Source: an uncultured Gemmatimonadales bacterium (GTDB taxonomy: Bacteria > Gemmatimonadota > Gemmatimonadetes > Gemmatimonadales > GWC2-71-9). From it: a stretch of DNA of 64,000 nt. Within the stretch, counting starts at the first letter, position 1. Each line of letters opens with the position of its first letter. The notes under the pieces were generated by a model. That model made no database searches, was not told where the DNA came from, and was given only the letters and a program-made list of their open reading frames with translations. The stretch covers positions 64,001 to 128,000 of the forward strand of contig CAWGED010000010.1 of the NCBI GenBank assembly GCA_963821525.1, written 5' to 3'. Shown one piece after another: positions 39,782 through 52,040 of this stretch. The position numbers and the translations under genes are program-made.

Positions 39782-39887
39782 CCGTTCGCCTGGTGCCTTG
39801 CACCGCCCGGGAACCGGTTGGCATACTCGTTGGCAGCGACGACCGAGCATCCCCACCTATCTAATCGTCGCCGAAGGGAGCCCACCC

Positions 39888-41303
39888 ATGGCGATCGGTT
39901 CACGAGCCAGTACACCCGCCCTCGATGCGGAAGCCTTAAGGAAACTCGAGTCTTCCATCCGTGGAGAGCTGATCCACCCCCGACATCCCAGCTACGACAG
40001 TGCCCGAATCGTCTACAACGCGATGGTAGACAAACGGCCGGCCGTCATCGTCAGGTGTAGAGACTCATCCGATGTGGTTCGCGCCCTGGACTTCGCGCGC
40101 ACTCAGAACCTTCTCGTCGCCGTTCGCGGGGGCGGCCACAACGTTGCCGGAAAGTCCACCTGCGACGACGGACTCGTCATCGATCTCTCCCCAATGAAGG
40201 AAATGCTGGTGGACCCGACGGTGGCCCTCGCCCGGGCCGAAGGCGGTCTCACCTGGGGAGAGTTCGACCGGGAGACCCAGGCCTTTGGTCTGGCTACGAC
40301 GGGTGGGTTCATCTCCACCACCGGCATCGCGGGGCTGACCCTGGGTGGGGGACTCGGGTGGCTCATGCGGAAGTACGGGCTCGCGTGCGACAACCTGCAA
40401 TCGGTGAAGATCGTCACCGCCGACGGCCAAATCAGGACCGCCAATGAGAGCGAAAACTCCGACCTCTTCTGGGGCGTTCGAGGCGGGGGTGGCAACTTCG
40501 GGGTGGTTACCTCGTTCGAGTACCAGCTTCATCCGGTCGGGCAAATGCTGGCGGGCGTTGTCTTCTTGCCGCTGCAGCAGGCGGGGAGCGGGCTTCGGTT
40601 CTACCGGGATTTCCTGGCCCATGCGCCGGACGAAGTGATGGCCTACGCCGTCTTCCTGACCGCTCCCGACGGCAACAAGGTATTCGCCATCCCGGTCTGC
40701 TATGTGGGACCGATGGATATGGCAGAGCAAGTCCTGCGTCCGTTAAGAGACTTCGCCGGTCCCGCGGCCAACTCGCTCGCGCCGATGGACTACTGCCAGA
40801 TCCAATCGATGTTCGATGGCGGCTTTCCGCCCGGCCGCCTGCACTACTGGAAATCCAGCTTCCTCCGTCACCTCAGCGACAAGGCGATCGACACGATCGT
40901 GGAATATTTCGGCGCGGTTCCTTCGCCGATGTCGGCCGTGGCGATCGAGCCATTCGGCGGTGCGGTTGCGCGAGTCGGAGTGGAGGAGACCGCGTTCCCC
41001 CACCGCGACGCTTCCTTCAGCATCGTCATGGTGGGGATGTGGATGGACCGGGCACAGTCCGAGGCAAACATCCGGTGGGTCCGGGAGTTCTGGAAGGCGA
41101 TGCAGCCATTTGCGACCGATGCGGTCTACGTCAACTATCTTGATAGCGACGATAGCGATCGGGTCCCGGCCGCCTACAGCCCCACGACCTTCAAGCGATT
41201 GGGCGAGTTGAAAGAAAAGTACGACCCAGACAACTTCTTCCGGGTGAATCAGAACATCGGACCCGCGGTAGCTGAGCGGGAAGTACCTTCACGCCGGGTT
41301 TAA
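39888..41303 (+). CDS. FAD-binding oxidoreductase, BBE-like
   Basis: RGGGHN, GLTLGGG.G, RGGGGNFGVVT, YVNY, KYDP.N.F. Confidence 0.92.
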   Translation: MAIGSRASTPALDAEALRKLESSIRGELIHPRHPSYDSARIVYNAMVDKRPAVIVRCRDSSDVVRALDFARTQNLLVAVRGGGHNVAGKSTCDDGLVIDLSPMKEMLVDPTVALARAEGGLTWGEFDRETQAFGLATTGGFISTTGIAGLTLGGGLGWLMRKYGLACDNLQSVKIVTADGQIRTANESENSDLFWGVRGGGGNFGVVTSFEYQLHPVGQMLAGVVFLPLQQAGSGLRFYRDFLAHAPDEVMAYAVFLTAPDGNKVFAIPVCYVGPMDMAEQVLRPLRDFAGPAANSLAPMDYCQIQSMFDGGFPPGRLHYWKSSFLRHLSDKAIDTIVEYFGAVPSPMSAVAIEPFGGAVARVGVEETAFPHRDASFSIVMVGMWMDRAQSEANIRWVREFWKAMQPFATDAVYVNYLDSDDSDRVPAAYSPTTFKRLGELKEKYDPDNFFRVNQNIGPAVAEREVPSRRV

Positions 41304-41320
41304 GATCTCCGGCTCCTCAC

Positions 41321-41719
41321 ATGACAGTTAAACACCTCTCCGCGCTTGGGTTGTTGACACTTTTCCTAGGGTGCGGGACCCCGGGAAGTCCGAGCAATCT
41401 CGGTGACAGTCAACTCGAGCGTACGGGTCTCGAAGGTGTGGCTCGCCGCGGGCCGATCCAACCCGTCTGCCGCGTGGACCAGCCCTGCGATGCTCCGTTC
41501 AGCGCGAGGTTTGAAGTTCGCCAGGGCGAGCGTCTGGTTGCCACCTTCCAGAGTGACTCGGCCGGCCGGTTCCGGACCTACCTGACACCCGGAACGTACC
41601 TCGTGGCACCGGACGCGTCCGCTCCTGTGCTCAGCCCCCTGAGCCAGACTAGAGCAGTGACTGTCGGCGCCCATGGACTGACCCACGTCGAGCTCGACTT
41701 CGACACCGGAATCCGCTAG
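41321..41719 (+). CDS. Lipoprotein with carboxypeptidase-regulatory-like fold
   Basis: Lipobox FLGC; GP..PVC....C, G.F...L.PGTY, DTGIR. Confidence 0.7.
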   Translation: MTVKHLSALGLLTLFLGCGTPGSPSNLGDSQLERTGLEGVARRGPIQPVCRVDQPCDAPFSARFEVRQGERLVATFQSDSAGRFRTYLTPGTYLVAPDASAPVLSPLSQTRAVTVGAHGLTHVELDFDTGIR

Positions 41720-41845
41720 AGCGACCTCGCCGCCCATCATCCTGCCCGCGCTGCCTGCAAGTCGACAGTCGCAGCGTGAGCATCGTAGCAAACCAGTCAG
41801 ATGCGGTCGTTCCATGGTGAGGACCGGCTTCAAGAGCGGTGGGCC

Positions 41846-42013
41846 TTACTCGTTCTCCGGGGTTTCCCGTCTCCGGTACAGCATGACGGCGATGCCGCTG
41901 GCGATGACGAATGCGGGCAGTATGAGAATGACCATACTACCCAGCACCGCGCTCATGAAGCGCGCCATGGCATCCACGCCGGAGACGCCGGCACACCACC
42001 ACTGCCAGGCCAT
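41846..42013 (-). CDS. 55-aa single-TM protein at the end of the oxidase operon
   Basis: AGGA RBS; MAWQWWCAGVSG...ILILPAFVIASGIAVMLYRRR; below the ORF-track cutoff. Confidence 0.55.
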   Translation of the reverse strand: MAWQWWCAGVSGVDAMARFMSAVLGSMVILILPAFVIASGIAVMLYRRRETPENE

Positions 42014-42055
42014 TGGCGTCCTATTGAGGACTTCGCCCGGAGGATGTCGATTGGC

Positions 42056-42337
42056 TCATGATGCCTGCGGGCTGAGCGTGACGAGGCGGAAGGCGTCGCG
42101 CCACAGATGGTTGAGCATGAGCAGTACGAAGACCAGGGTCGGGATCAGGGTCCAGAACAGGGCGGCTCGCTCGTACCTGAGGCCCATGAAGTACAGCAGG
42201 GCGATCGCCGCCTCGGTGACCGCGAGCGCGAGGAGGACGGCGAGCAGGGATCCCTCGGGAAGAGAGGCGTAGGTAACTGCAACCTCCAGCGCGACAATCA
42301 GGGCCAAGGCGAACCACACCGCCACGTAGGTTCGCAT
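42056..42337 (-). CDS. Cytochrome c oxidase subunit IV family
   Basis: Three TMs; YFMGLRYE. Confidence 0.85.
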   Translation of the reverse strand: MRTYVAVWFALALIVALEVAVTYASLPEGSLLAVLLALAVTEAAIALLYFMGLRYERAALFWTLIPTLVFVLLMLNHLWRDAFRLVTLSPQAS

Positions 42338-42389
42338 CCCGGGACCCGCTTTCCTTCCCTGTTAGCCATGGCAGCCTCTCACGCAGACC

Positions 42390-43019
<630 letters not shown>

Positions 43020-43039
43020 ATCGACCTCCACCGGTCGCC

Positions 43040-43641
43040 TCAGAGCCGCAGGACCAGGATCGGCAGGAGATAGAGCCACAGCAGGTCCATGAAGTGCCAG
43101 TACAGCGCCGTCGCCCCCAGCGGCTGATCGGGGGGATCCCCGACCCTGCTGCGCCGGATCCGATGCAGCATGTATCCCAGCGCCACGATGCCACCCAGGA
43201 GATGCAGCGCGTGGAGCACCGTGAATACATAGAAGAACGAGCTAGGTCGGGCTGGTGGCCAGGTAGAGTCCCTGGCGTCACGAGGCTCCGCCAGGCCAGG
43301 ATTTGCCCCCCGAGGAACACCAGGCCCAGCGCGAGGGTGAGATCGAGCCACCCGAGGCCTTGGGGCCGGCCCAGGGCGGAAGCGCTGTCGCTTGCGGCCT
43401 CGAGCCAGCTCCACCGGACCCGCGACGTGCCCAGCCGAAGCGTGACGCTGCTGAGCAGCAGGACCAGCGTGTTCGCGTAGATCAGCGGGGGCAGCCGGAT
43501 ATGCTGCCAATCCGCCGCGGCTCCCTGTCGCATCACCATGGCGCTGGTATAGGCGGCGAAGGACATGGTGATGGCCGCGATGCCGACCCAGACGCCGGTG
43601 CGGGTCGGAGAGAGCGGACGGCGCATCCCGAGGGTGCTCAC
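43040..43641 (-). CDS. Second heme-copper oxidase subunit III family protein (frameshifts near 43250-43285)
   Basis: GVWVG....MSFAAYTSA, NTLVLLLSS, FFYVFTVLHALHL, YWHFMDLLW. Confidence 0.8.
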
Positions 43642-45460
43642 CTCACGGCCTCGCGGCAGGGCTTCGGCCGAGTCCTGCATGACGTAGTCGCCGCTCGCTC
43701 CCGCGACGCCGTACTCGTTGGGGCCGTGATGCACCACCGGATGCTGACCGCCGAAGTTGTCGAACGGCGGCGGCGAGCGGCACCGACCACTCCAGCGAGG
43801 TGGCCTGCCAGGGATTGTCCGGGCGCCGGGGCGCCCCGGAATCGGCTCCAGATCAGGTTGAAGAAGAAGATCAGCTGCACGGCGCCGGTGAACAGCGCCG
43901 CGATGGTGATGAACCGGTGCAGCGGGAGCGATCCCTTCATGTAGTCGTCGGTGAATGCGGCAGTAGCGCCGGACGTTGCCGGCAAGCCCCAGGTAGTGCA
44001 TCGGCATGAAGATGCAGTAGACCCCGATGAGGGTGAGCGAAGAAATGCAACTTGCCCAGCGTTTCGTTCATCATCCGGCCGTACATCTTCGGGAACCAGA
44101 AGTAGGTCCCGGCGAAGATGCCGAACATGGAGGCCACGCCCATCACGAAGTGGAAATGCCCGACCACGAAATAGGTCCCATGCAGGTAGGTGTCGATGGA
44201 CGGCTGCGCCAGGAAGAAGCCGCTGATGCCTCCGCTGACGAACACCGAGATGAAGCCCAGGCAGAAGAGCCCGGCCGACGTGAAACGGAACCGGCTGCCA
44301 TAGACCGTCCCGATCCACAACAGCGTGACGATGGTGGCCGGGATCGTGATGATCAGCGTGGGCACCGAGAACAGCGTGGCCGAGAGCGGGTTCATCCCGC
44401 TCAAGAACATGTGGTGACCCCACACGGTGTAGCTCAGGAAGCCGATCGCGACCATGCAGGCCACGACGACCTTCGGCCCCAGGAGCGGCTTGCGCGCGAA
44501 CGCCGGGAGGATATGGGAGATGATGCCGAAGCCGGGCAGGATCGCGATGTACACCTCCGGATGCCCGAAGAACCAGAACAAGTGCTGCCATGAGCAGCGG
44601 CGACCCGCCGGAGTGCGGCTGCAGCCGGTCGCTGATGACCAGCCCGGCGGGGATGAAGAAGCTGGTGCCGGCCACCCGATCGAGGATCAGGAGAATGCAG
44701 GCGGGGAGCAGCACGGAGAAGGCGATCAGCCCGATGACCGACGGTGATGAACCAGGCCCAGGTGGACGAACGGCATCCGGGAGAGCGTCATGCCCCTTGG
44801 TCCGCAGGTCCAGCGTCGTCGCGATGAAGTTGAGCGCGCCCAGCAGCTGACCCACACAGAAGATCGCGATCGACACCGCCCAGAGCGTCTGCCCCAGCCC
44901 CTGCCCCGGGCCGGCGTCCTTGCCCACCGCGCTGAGCGGGGCGTAGGCGGTCCAGCCGGAGAGCGCGGGCCCCGTCCGGCACGAAGAAGGAGGCGATCAG
45001 CACCAGGAAGGCCAGGAACGTGACCCAGAACGACATCATGTTGAAGCGGGGGAACGCCATGTCCTCCGCGCCGACCTGAATCGGCAGGACGAAATTCCCG
45101 AAGCCGGCGAACGGCGCGGTGGTGAGGACGAAGAACACCATGATCGTGCCGTGCATCGTCATGAGCGACAGGTACAGCTCCGGCGTCATGACGCCGCCCG
45201 GAGCTCGAGTCGGCGCAATTGCCCCGAGCCCCGGCAGCGGCGCGGTCGGGAACCCAAGGTGGAAGCGCATCAGCCAGGACAGGACCATGCCGGTCAGCAC
45301 CGCCACCAGCGCGAGGTCGAGATACTGCTTGCCGATGACCTTGTGATCGAGGCTGAAGACATGCGTCCGCAGGAAGCCCTGCGGCGGCACATGCTTCAGC
45401 TCGGCGATCGTCCGACGTGACGCGGCGCCCGGATGGAGCGTGCACCGGCGTTTCAGGCAT
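43638..45460 (-). CDS. ctaD: Cytochrome c oxidase subunit I, A1 type (multiple frameshifts)
   Basis: DHKVIG, TMHGTIMVF, DMAFPR, WFFGHPEVY, VWGHHMF, GHFHFV, MHYLGLAG..RR. Confidence 0.88.
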
Positions 45461-45480
45461 GGGATTGGCCTCTCATCGAC

Positions 45481-46285
45481 TCACTGTTGCGCCGCCTGGT
45501 CCGTGAGCCACTGCTCGAACTGCTCCTGCGGCATCACCTCGAGGTATGCCCGCATGTTGTAGTGCCCCAGCCCGCAGAGCTGGGTGCAGACGATCTCCTG
45601 CTTGACCGCCTGCGTCGCGGTGAAATGAATGGGAATCACCAGGCCGGGGACGAAATCCTGCTGCATCCGCAGGTCGGGGACGTAGAAGGCGTGCCCCACG
45701 TCCTTGGAGTGCAGGGTGAGCAGCACCTCGCCGGTTGAGCGGGACGGCGAGGCGTGGCCGAGACGATGTCGTCCCGGGCGGTGGTATCGTTCGCCGGATC
45801 CAGCCCGAAGAAGTTGTAGTTGGCTTCGTCGATCAGTTCGGGGTGCACCGCACCGAACTTGCCGTCGGGCCCCGGATAGCGGAAATAGTAGGCGAACTGC
45901 TCCGCCTGCACGTCGATCCGGAGCGCATCGGCACCCGGAGGAGACAGGTAGATCTGCGCCCAGACCCGGGTACCGACCAGCGACAGGACCAGGATCTCGA
46001 TGCCGACCAGGACCGAGGCCAGGACCACCATCGGCGTGGCCCCGCCGGGGAAGATCTTGATCGCCCGCGCGCTTCCCGGTCGCCGTACTGCCAGGCGAAC
46101 AGTGCCAGCGCCAGCTGGGACGTCACGAAGAGAACCCCGGACGCGATCATGGTCTCGGAGAGCTGGTGATCGATCCCAGCCCCGAGCACCGAGATGTCGG
46201 GAGGAAGCCACCACCGCCGGGAGAGGAAGATGGCGGTCGACACCAGCGTGATGACCGCTACAACGCCGGCGAACAGTTTTCCCAT
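45481..46285 (-). CDS. ctaC: Cytochrome c oxidase subunit II, CuA (frameshifts near 46070 and 45730-45760)
   Basis: EQFAYYFRYPG, SKDVGHAF, CTQLCGLGHYNM. Confidence 0.88.
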
Positions 46286-46328
46286 GACGCCCGCCTTCGG
46301 TGACTACGGTGACAGAGCGCGCCTCTGC

Positions 46329-47049
46329 TTAGTAGGGCGTCGCCTTGAGGACGAAGTTGGCGGTCGCCGACTCCGTTCCGGACAGGGTGACCTCCTGACT
46401 CTGGGTCCCGAACCGCTCGTGCCACGCGGTCACGGTGTATTTCCCCGGCGGCAGCCCCTTCAGGCTGAACGTGCCGTCGTTCCCGGTCACGGCGTAGTTC
46501 GAGGTGGCCAAGCACCACGAAATAGCCGTGCATCCACGGATGGACGTTGCACTTCACGGCGATGAACTCCGGCTTCTCGTAGGTCGCCTTGATCGTCGGG
46601 GAGCCCGGCGGTTGCGACTTGTTCCACTCGGGGTTGACCTTGGCGAGCGGATGGATGTTGTGGGACGTCTGGTCGTCGTTATAGATCTCCAGGGGCTGCG
46701 CCACCTGCAGCGCGGCGACGTGCGGGATGTACTCGCAGCCTTTCTGGTCGTAACGCACGGGCGTGGCGGGAGCCGGGGCAGGCTGATCCCCCGCCGAGAT
46801 ATAGACCACCGCCCATTGGACCGTGTTGCCCGGCCCGGTGACGGCGCTCTCGGTCATCACCGGGGTGGGGTGTTGGGCGGCGCAGGAGGGCTCCTTCGCC
46901 ATATCGATGGGCCGCATCTTGGGCGGCGTGCCGGTGAAGGTCACGGTGCCACTGATCGCGCCGGCGCTCCGCCCCGGTGCGCCAGCCGCGCCGGTAAGAG
47001 TCGTGGAGGCGGCGATCAGGCCGAGTGCAGCAAGGTGCTTGGTACGCAT
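46329..47049 (-). CDS. Periplasmic cupredoxin / carboxypeptidase-regulatory-like domain protein (frameshift near 46505)
   Basis: Signal peptide; DQKGCEYIPHV, HNIH, KCNVHPWM, G.F.L..LPPG.Y. Confidence 0.8.
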
Positions 47050-47084
47050 TGTGACATCGTCCTGCAAGAGGTGATGAAATCTCC

Positions 47085-47931
47085 CTACTGCCCCAGGGGC
47101 TGCCCGATGGGAGTCAACTCCTTGCCGTGCTCCGGCAGCCAGGCGTTCCACAGGGCCGCCTCGGGGGTGTCGAGCGGCTGCAGGGTGCGGAGGAAGTGCA
47201 CCAGGTCCCACGCGTCCTGCGGCTGGATGTTGTCGGCGAATGACGGCATCGGGGTCCCATCCAGGCCGGTCATGAAGATCCGGTAGAGATCCTCGTTGGT
47301 TTCCCCGCACTTGAACCGCGAGCCGCTGGTGAAGTTGTAAGGGCGAATCGGGTTGTCCTTGCTGTCGGTCAGGGTGGAGGCCGACGGGCCATCGCCGTGG
47401 CCGGCGGGGCCGTGGCACTTCCAGCATTCCATCTTCTGGAATAGCTCGCGCCCATGGAGAATGCTTTCCATGGTAGCCGGGGTCTCCGGCGGAATGGTGA
47501 TCGGGGTTCCGGGCGACTCGGTGGTCCAGCGGGGGGAGAACGTCTTGATGTAGGCCACCAGATCCACCCGGGTCTGCTTGGTCAGCGGTCGCCAGGACGG
47601 CATGTTGGTGGTGACGAACCCGCGGGTCACGGCGCGGTACAGGTCGTCGTCGGTCGGCAGCGTGCCCGTCGGCGTCGAACGGCACTTGAAGACGGCCGCG
47701 GTGAAGTCCCGCGGCTTGGGGTCGATCCACATCGCGTTCTCCCCGGCCCCGTCTCCGGCCGGCCCATGACAAACGATGCAGTAGCGACGGTAACTGCTTC
47801 TTGCCCGCCGCGGCGTTGCCGTGCACGCCGTCGATCTGGGTTTCCTGTGCCGCGAGCGATGCCGCCCCCGATGCCATCAGGAGCAGGCATAGGCCCGAGG
47901 TGAACGCCATCCATTCGATTCTGATCCTCAT
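47085..47931 (-). CDS. Periplasmic diheme c-type cytochrome (frameshift near 47795)
   Basis: Signal peptide; CIVCH and CWKCH; PKPRDFT / PYNFT and MPSW / MPSF. Confidence 0.85.
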
Positions 47932-47945
47932 GGGAGGCCTCCTGC

Positions 47946-49466
47946 TCAGAAGTCGAAGTCGAGTGCGAAGAGCACGCTGGTGCTCCGCACGACGGTGTTG
48001 GTGGAGAGCGGGGGGATACCCACACCGTCGCCGCTCAGGGGGACAGTACCGGTGGTCTTGGTGATGGACACCTCGCCCAGGAACGCGAGGCCGGCACGGC
48101 TGAACATGATCGGGTACCAGCGGTACCCGAAGGTGAACGCGTCGACGTTGCCCAGGTCGCTCGGCGTTGCCGGATCTGCCTGTTGCTGCATCCGAACCAG
48201 CTCGCTCCGCTGCACGAACATGAACTGGGGATTGACGTAGTAGTGCAGCTCCAGGAGGTAACCATTCCATGATCGGATCCTGGGTACCCCCCGCCAGCAC
48301 CTGGTCGTCAGACCCATGCATGTAGAGCGGCAGCAACTCGAGGTTTCCCGAAGAAGAAGTCGCCCACCGCGCCGACCCGATAGAACGACTTGTTATCGGT
48401 GCCGGTGCCGGGCACCGGGTCCACGCCGCCGTTGACGGTCTCGAAACTCGTGGGCCGGTACCCGAGGTACCCGAAGACCCCGATGCGCTGGAGCCCGAGC
48501 TTGCCGACGTCGAAGGCCTGGCTGAGGGTGACCGAGCCATCGTAAGTCTTCCCCTGGGGCAGGCCTGGAGCGCCGTCGACCCCACTCAGGATCGCGACGC
48601 TCGCGCGACTGTAGCTGTTCGGTTGATGGCCCAGCCACTCCGACGCCGATCTGGTTGTCCCCCAGACCGAAGGTCGTCCCGTCTCCCACCGGCAGGAAGT
48701 GATAGCTCTGGTAGAACGAGCCGTTATTGGAGAGCGTGATGATGCGCTTCTCCGAGAGCATGTTGTCCAGCTCGAACTTGCCGATCTTGAGATTGGCCCA
48801 GGAGGACTTGAACAGATTGTCGAAGCGCACGAACGCCGCCTCGATCCCGACCCCTTCGCCATCCTCGAAGGTCGGCACGAACCCGAAGGTGATGTTCTTG
48901 TAGAGCGTACCCAGCATCAGCAGATCGGCGCCGGAGATGTCGAATCCCGCCTGGGTGATCGTCTTCGCTTCCGTGCCGCCGGCACCGTCATCCACCGGCT
49001 GATCGGTGGTCTCTTCCAGATGCCAGCCTGGCGTGGTACGGATCGCGACCGGCCAATACGATGGGTTGACCCAGATAGGCGAGTCGCGATCGTTGCCGAG
49101 CTGATAGCCCCGGTCCTTGAACGCCTGGCCGAACGCGTTCAGCTCGGGCCAGGCCGTGTGGCAGGCCGAGCAGGCGAGGTTGTACTTCCGGGCGAAGGCT
49201 GGAATCGCGGCCGCCGCATGGGAAGCCAGAGTGAATGCCGAGAGATGTGCGACGCTGGAAACCTCCGCCGCAACTCCGTTCCGAGCAGTGATGTAGGATT
49301 CGTAGTTCGGCCGGAGTGCACCGGCCGTTGCCCCGTCGAACCCGGGGGTGGGCGCAACCACGGTTGCCCAACCTCCCGAGGCTACCCCCAGGGCCAGACT
49401 ACCTGCGATCAGTACCGACCTGAACCAACCTTTCTCGCTCCCACGCTTTGTGCACGAGTGATTCAT
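47946..49466 (-). CDS. cyc2: Cyc2-like outer-membrane monoheme cytochrome c-porin fusion (frameshifts near 48640, 48350, 48270-48300)
   Basis: AIPAFARKYNLACSACHTAWPELNAFGQAFKDRGY, GKFELD, amphipathic beta-strands, C-terminal ALDFDF. Confidence 0.75.
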
Positions 49467-50052
49467 ACCGCCTCCTGGGTCGTGCGGTACCGGAAGGGCC
49501 TTCAGACGCTAACGCATAGAACGGACGATGCCTCACCGAAAAATGAGGCTGGCGGGACTACGGGAGAATCCGACAGATGCCCGATTCGAAACCGGAGGGT
49601 GTCGGCAAGAGTGCGGTTTGAGCCATGCCCCGATGGGCGCAGCTCAGGATTGAGGCGGTTCCGAACTTAGGCTCCGCCCTGAGGATCGGCTGGAGGAGTG
49701 CATTCATTCCAATATCACCCGCCATGACATAGCAACTACCCTCCGCTCTGTCAAGCACCGCTCTGCTCAGTTCATGAATCACACCTTATGATTTCGAGAA
49801 TCGGCATCGTATCAAAAGAGTGCCAATTTGTCCCAATGCCGACGCGCCTGGTTTGACCAAGCTGACAGCCGGTCCATGGTTGAGCGACTCTCCTCCAGCA
49901 CCATGCGAGACTTCCTTTCCTATCTTCTGGCGTCTTATCGGGACCAACGCATGGACTCGGCGCGGCGCACACATTTTCCTTGTGCGGCGTTCGATAGGTG
50001 ATAGCTTACCCGGATTCCCGCGCACCACAGATCCGAGACTGGAGGACCGTTT

Positions 50053-50499
50053 ATGACCCGTCGTATCGCAATGGGCCTTGTCGCGACTGGCCCTCGCGTT
50101 GCCGCTTCCTGCGTTGGCCCAGGCGGCGCCGTGACCTTCGTGCCCAAATCGCCAAGATGGACCAGGCCTGGCAGACCGCGTACAACGCGGGAGATGCCGC
50201 TGGCGTCTCGGCGCTTTACGCGCCGGACGCCAAAGTCATGGCACCTGGAGCCGAGACGGCCTCCGGCGCTGCGGCCATCAAGTCTTTCTTCGCAGCGGAT
50301 ATCGCCAAGGGCGCTAAGAATACGCTGACCACCGGTGAAGTCGATCGGTTACGGGGACTTCGCCACCGCGACGGGGGGCTGGGTGGCCCAGGGTGCCGAC
50401 GGCAAGCATCTGGACCACGGCACGTACATGACCCTCTATAAGAAGGTGGACGGTGCCTGGAAGATCTACCGAGACACCTGGAACAGCAGCATGCACTAG
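50053..50499 (+). CDS. DUF4440/YybH NTF2-like secreted protein (frameshifted)
   Basis: GGAGG RBS; AYNAGDAAGVSALYAPDA + G.YMTLYKK.DG.WKIYRDTWN. Confidence 0.75.
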
Positions 50500-50691
50500 A
50501 TCGGTGCGGAGGGCGGGGTCCAGCCAGAGGATGACCACGGCCGCCTCAAGCCGTCGGGCCTGGCTGGGCCTACCGTTTCGAGCTAAACGTCGCCACCGCA
50601 AGGTTGCCATCCTCGACGGCTTCATCCCCGAGCCGGACATTCGGGAAAGATTTAGCAGCACCGTCCAGGCCTCCGTCCGGAGAAACTGCAA

Positions 50692-51909
50692 GTGAAATCG
50701 TGGACCTCACAGCCAGGGGAAGCTTCGACTGCGCCCCCGGATCCACAGGAGTTCTCCCTCGTTCTGGGCGGGCCGCTCTTCCAGCTGCTGCGTCGGGCCC
50801 ACCTGTCCGACGATGCACTGATGCTGGTGCGCCAGCGCATCATCGTCATCACACTGGTCGTCTGGGTGCCGCTCCTGGTGCTGTCGGCGGTGGAAGGACA
50901 GCTATTGCGCGGGAAGGCGACAATACCGTTCCTGCTGGACCTGGAAGTTCAGGTCCGCTTCCTGGTGGCGCTGCCGCTGCTGATCGCTTCCGAGCTGGTG
51001 GTGCACCACCGCCTGGGTACCGTGGTGAAGGTGTTCCTGGAACGCCATTTGATTCCCGACACCGGGAAGGCGCGATTCGATGCCGCCATCACATCGGCGT
51101 TTCGGCTCCGCAATTCGATGATCGCCGAGCTGCTACTGGTCGTCTTGGTGTATGGTGTCGGTGTCCTGATCGTCTGGCGCCAGTACATGGCGCTCGACAC
51201 CAGCACCTGGTACGCGATGCCAGTTGGTGACCGTTCGAGGCTTTCCCTCGCCGGGACATGGTTTGGCTACGTGAGCCTGCCGATCTTCCAGTTCCTGCTG
51301 TGCCGCTGGTATTTCAGACTCTTCATCTGGATACGGTTTCTCTGGCAGGTCTCCCGGATCAAGTTGCGACTGCTTCCCGCTCATCCCGATCGCCTCGGCG
51401 GCCTGGGATTTCTTTCCAACACGGTATACGCCTTCGAGCTGCTCGCGGTAGCGCACGGTGCCATGCTTGCCGGAGCGCTCGCCAACCGCATTCTCTTTCT
51501 GGGAGCGAAACTCCCTCAATTCAAATTCGAGATCGGCTCCCTGGTCCTCTTCATGCTCTGCGTGATCGTGGGGCCGCTGCTGGTCTTTGTCCCTCAGCTG
51601 GCTCAGACGAGGCGGACGGGCCTTCGGGAATATGGCACCCTGGCGGAGCGGTACGTGCGCGAGTTCGATACTAAATGGCTGCGCGCTGGCGCGCCGGCCG
51701 AGGAGCCATTGGTGGGTAGCGCCGACATCCAGTCGCTGGCCGATCTTAGTAACAGTTTCGAGGTGGTGGCGACCATGCGCCTGGCGCCCGTTACCAGAGG
51801 GACCATCCTGCAGACCGTGGTCGCCACACTCGCGCCGGTGGTGCCGCTGGCACTCACCATGATGCCATTGGAAGCGCTGCTGAAGACGCTGCTCGGCCTG
51901 CTCTTTTAG
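50692..51909 (+). CDS. Conserved hypothetical multi-pass membrane protein
   Basis: FSLVLGGPL, RFLVALPLL, HPDRLGGLGFL, ADIQSLADL. Confidence 0.75.
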   Translation: MKSWTSQPGEASTAPPDPQEFSLVLGGPLFQLLRRAHLSDDALMLVRQRIIVITLVVWVPLLVLSAVEGQLLRGKATIPFLLDLEVQVRFLVALPLLIASELVVHHRLGTVVKVFLERHLIPDTGKARFDAAITSAFRLRNSMIAELLLVVLVYGVGVLIVWRQYMALDTSTWYAMPVGDRSRLSLAGTWFGYVSLPIFQFLLCRWYFRLFIWIRFLWQVSRIKLRLLPAHPDRLGGLGFLSNTVYAFELLAVAHGAMLAGALANRILFLGAKLPQFKFEIGSLVLFMLCVIVGPLLVFVPQLAQTRRTGLREYGTLAERYVREFDTKWLRAGAPAEEPLVGSADIQSLADLSNSFEVVATMRLAPVTRGTILQTVVATLAPVVPLALTMMPLEALLKTLLGLLF

Positions 51910-52040
51910 AGAACGTACGGCATGCGTGAGCGTGCAGCCGGCGCCGGAACAGGGTGCGATGACCATGGCGCTCGTTATGCAATGGACCATGGATACCCTA
52001 TGACAACTCTTGAGAGCGACGAGCAGGGGAAGGAAGTTCG

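Noticed and set aside
11500..41720. Integron cassette array (many short co-oriented GNAT/cupin/DinB genes)
   Set aside because: Many genes overlap or abut, no recurring RYYYAAC...GTTRRRY attC sites were found, and there is no integrase.
43600..43700. Subunit I-subunit III fusion suggested by ORF 42379..44007
   Set aside because: A GTGA stop/start overlap with an upstream GAGG lies at 43638-43641, so a single indel explains the read-through.
49822..49838. sigma54 promoter for the cyc2 operon (minus strand TGGCACTCTTTTGAT)
   Set aside because: The -24 element is good but the -12 lacks GC and is off by one base; not supportable without read checking.
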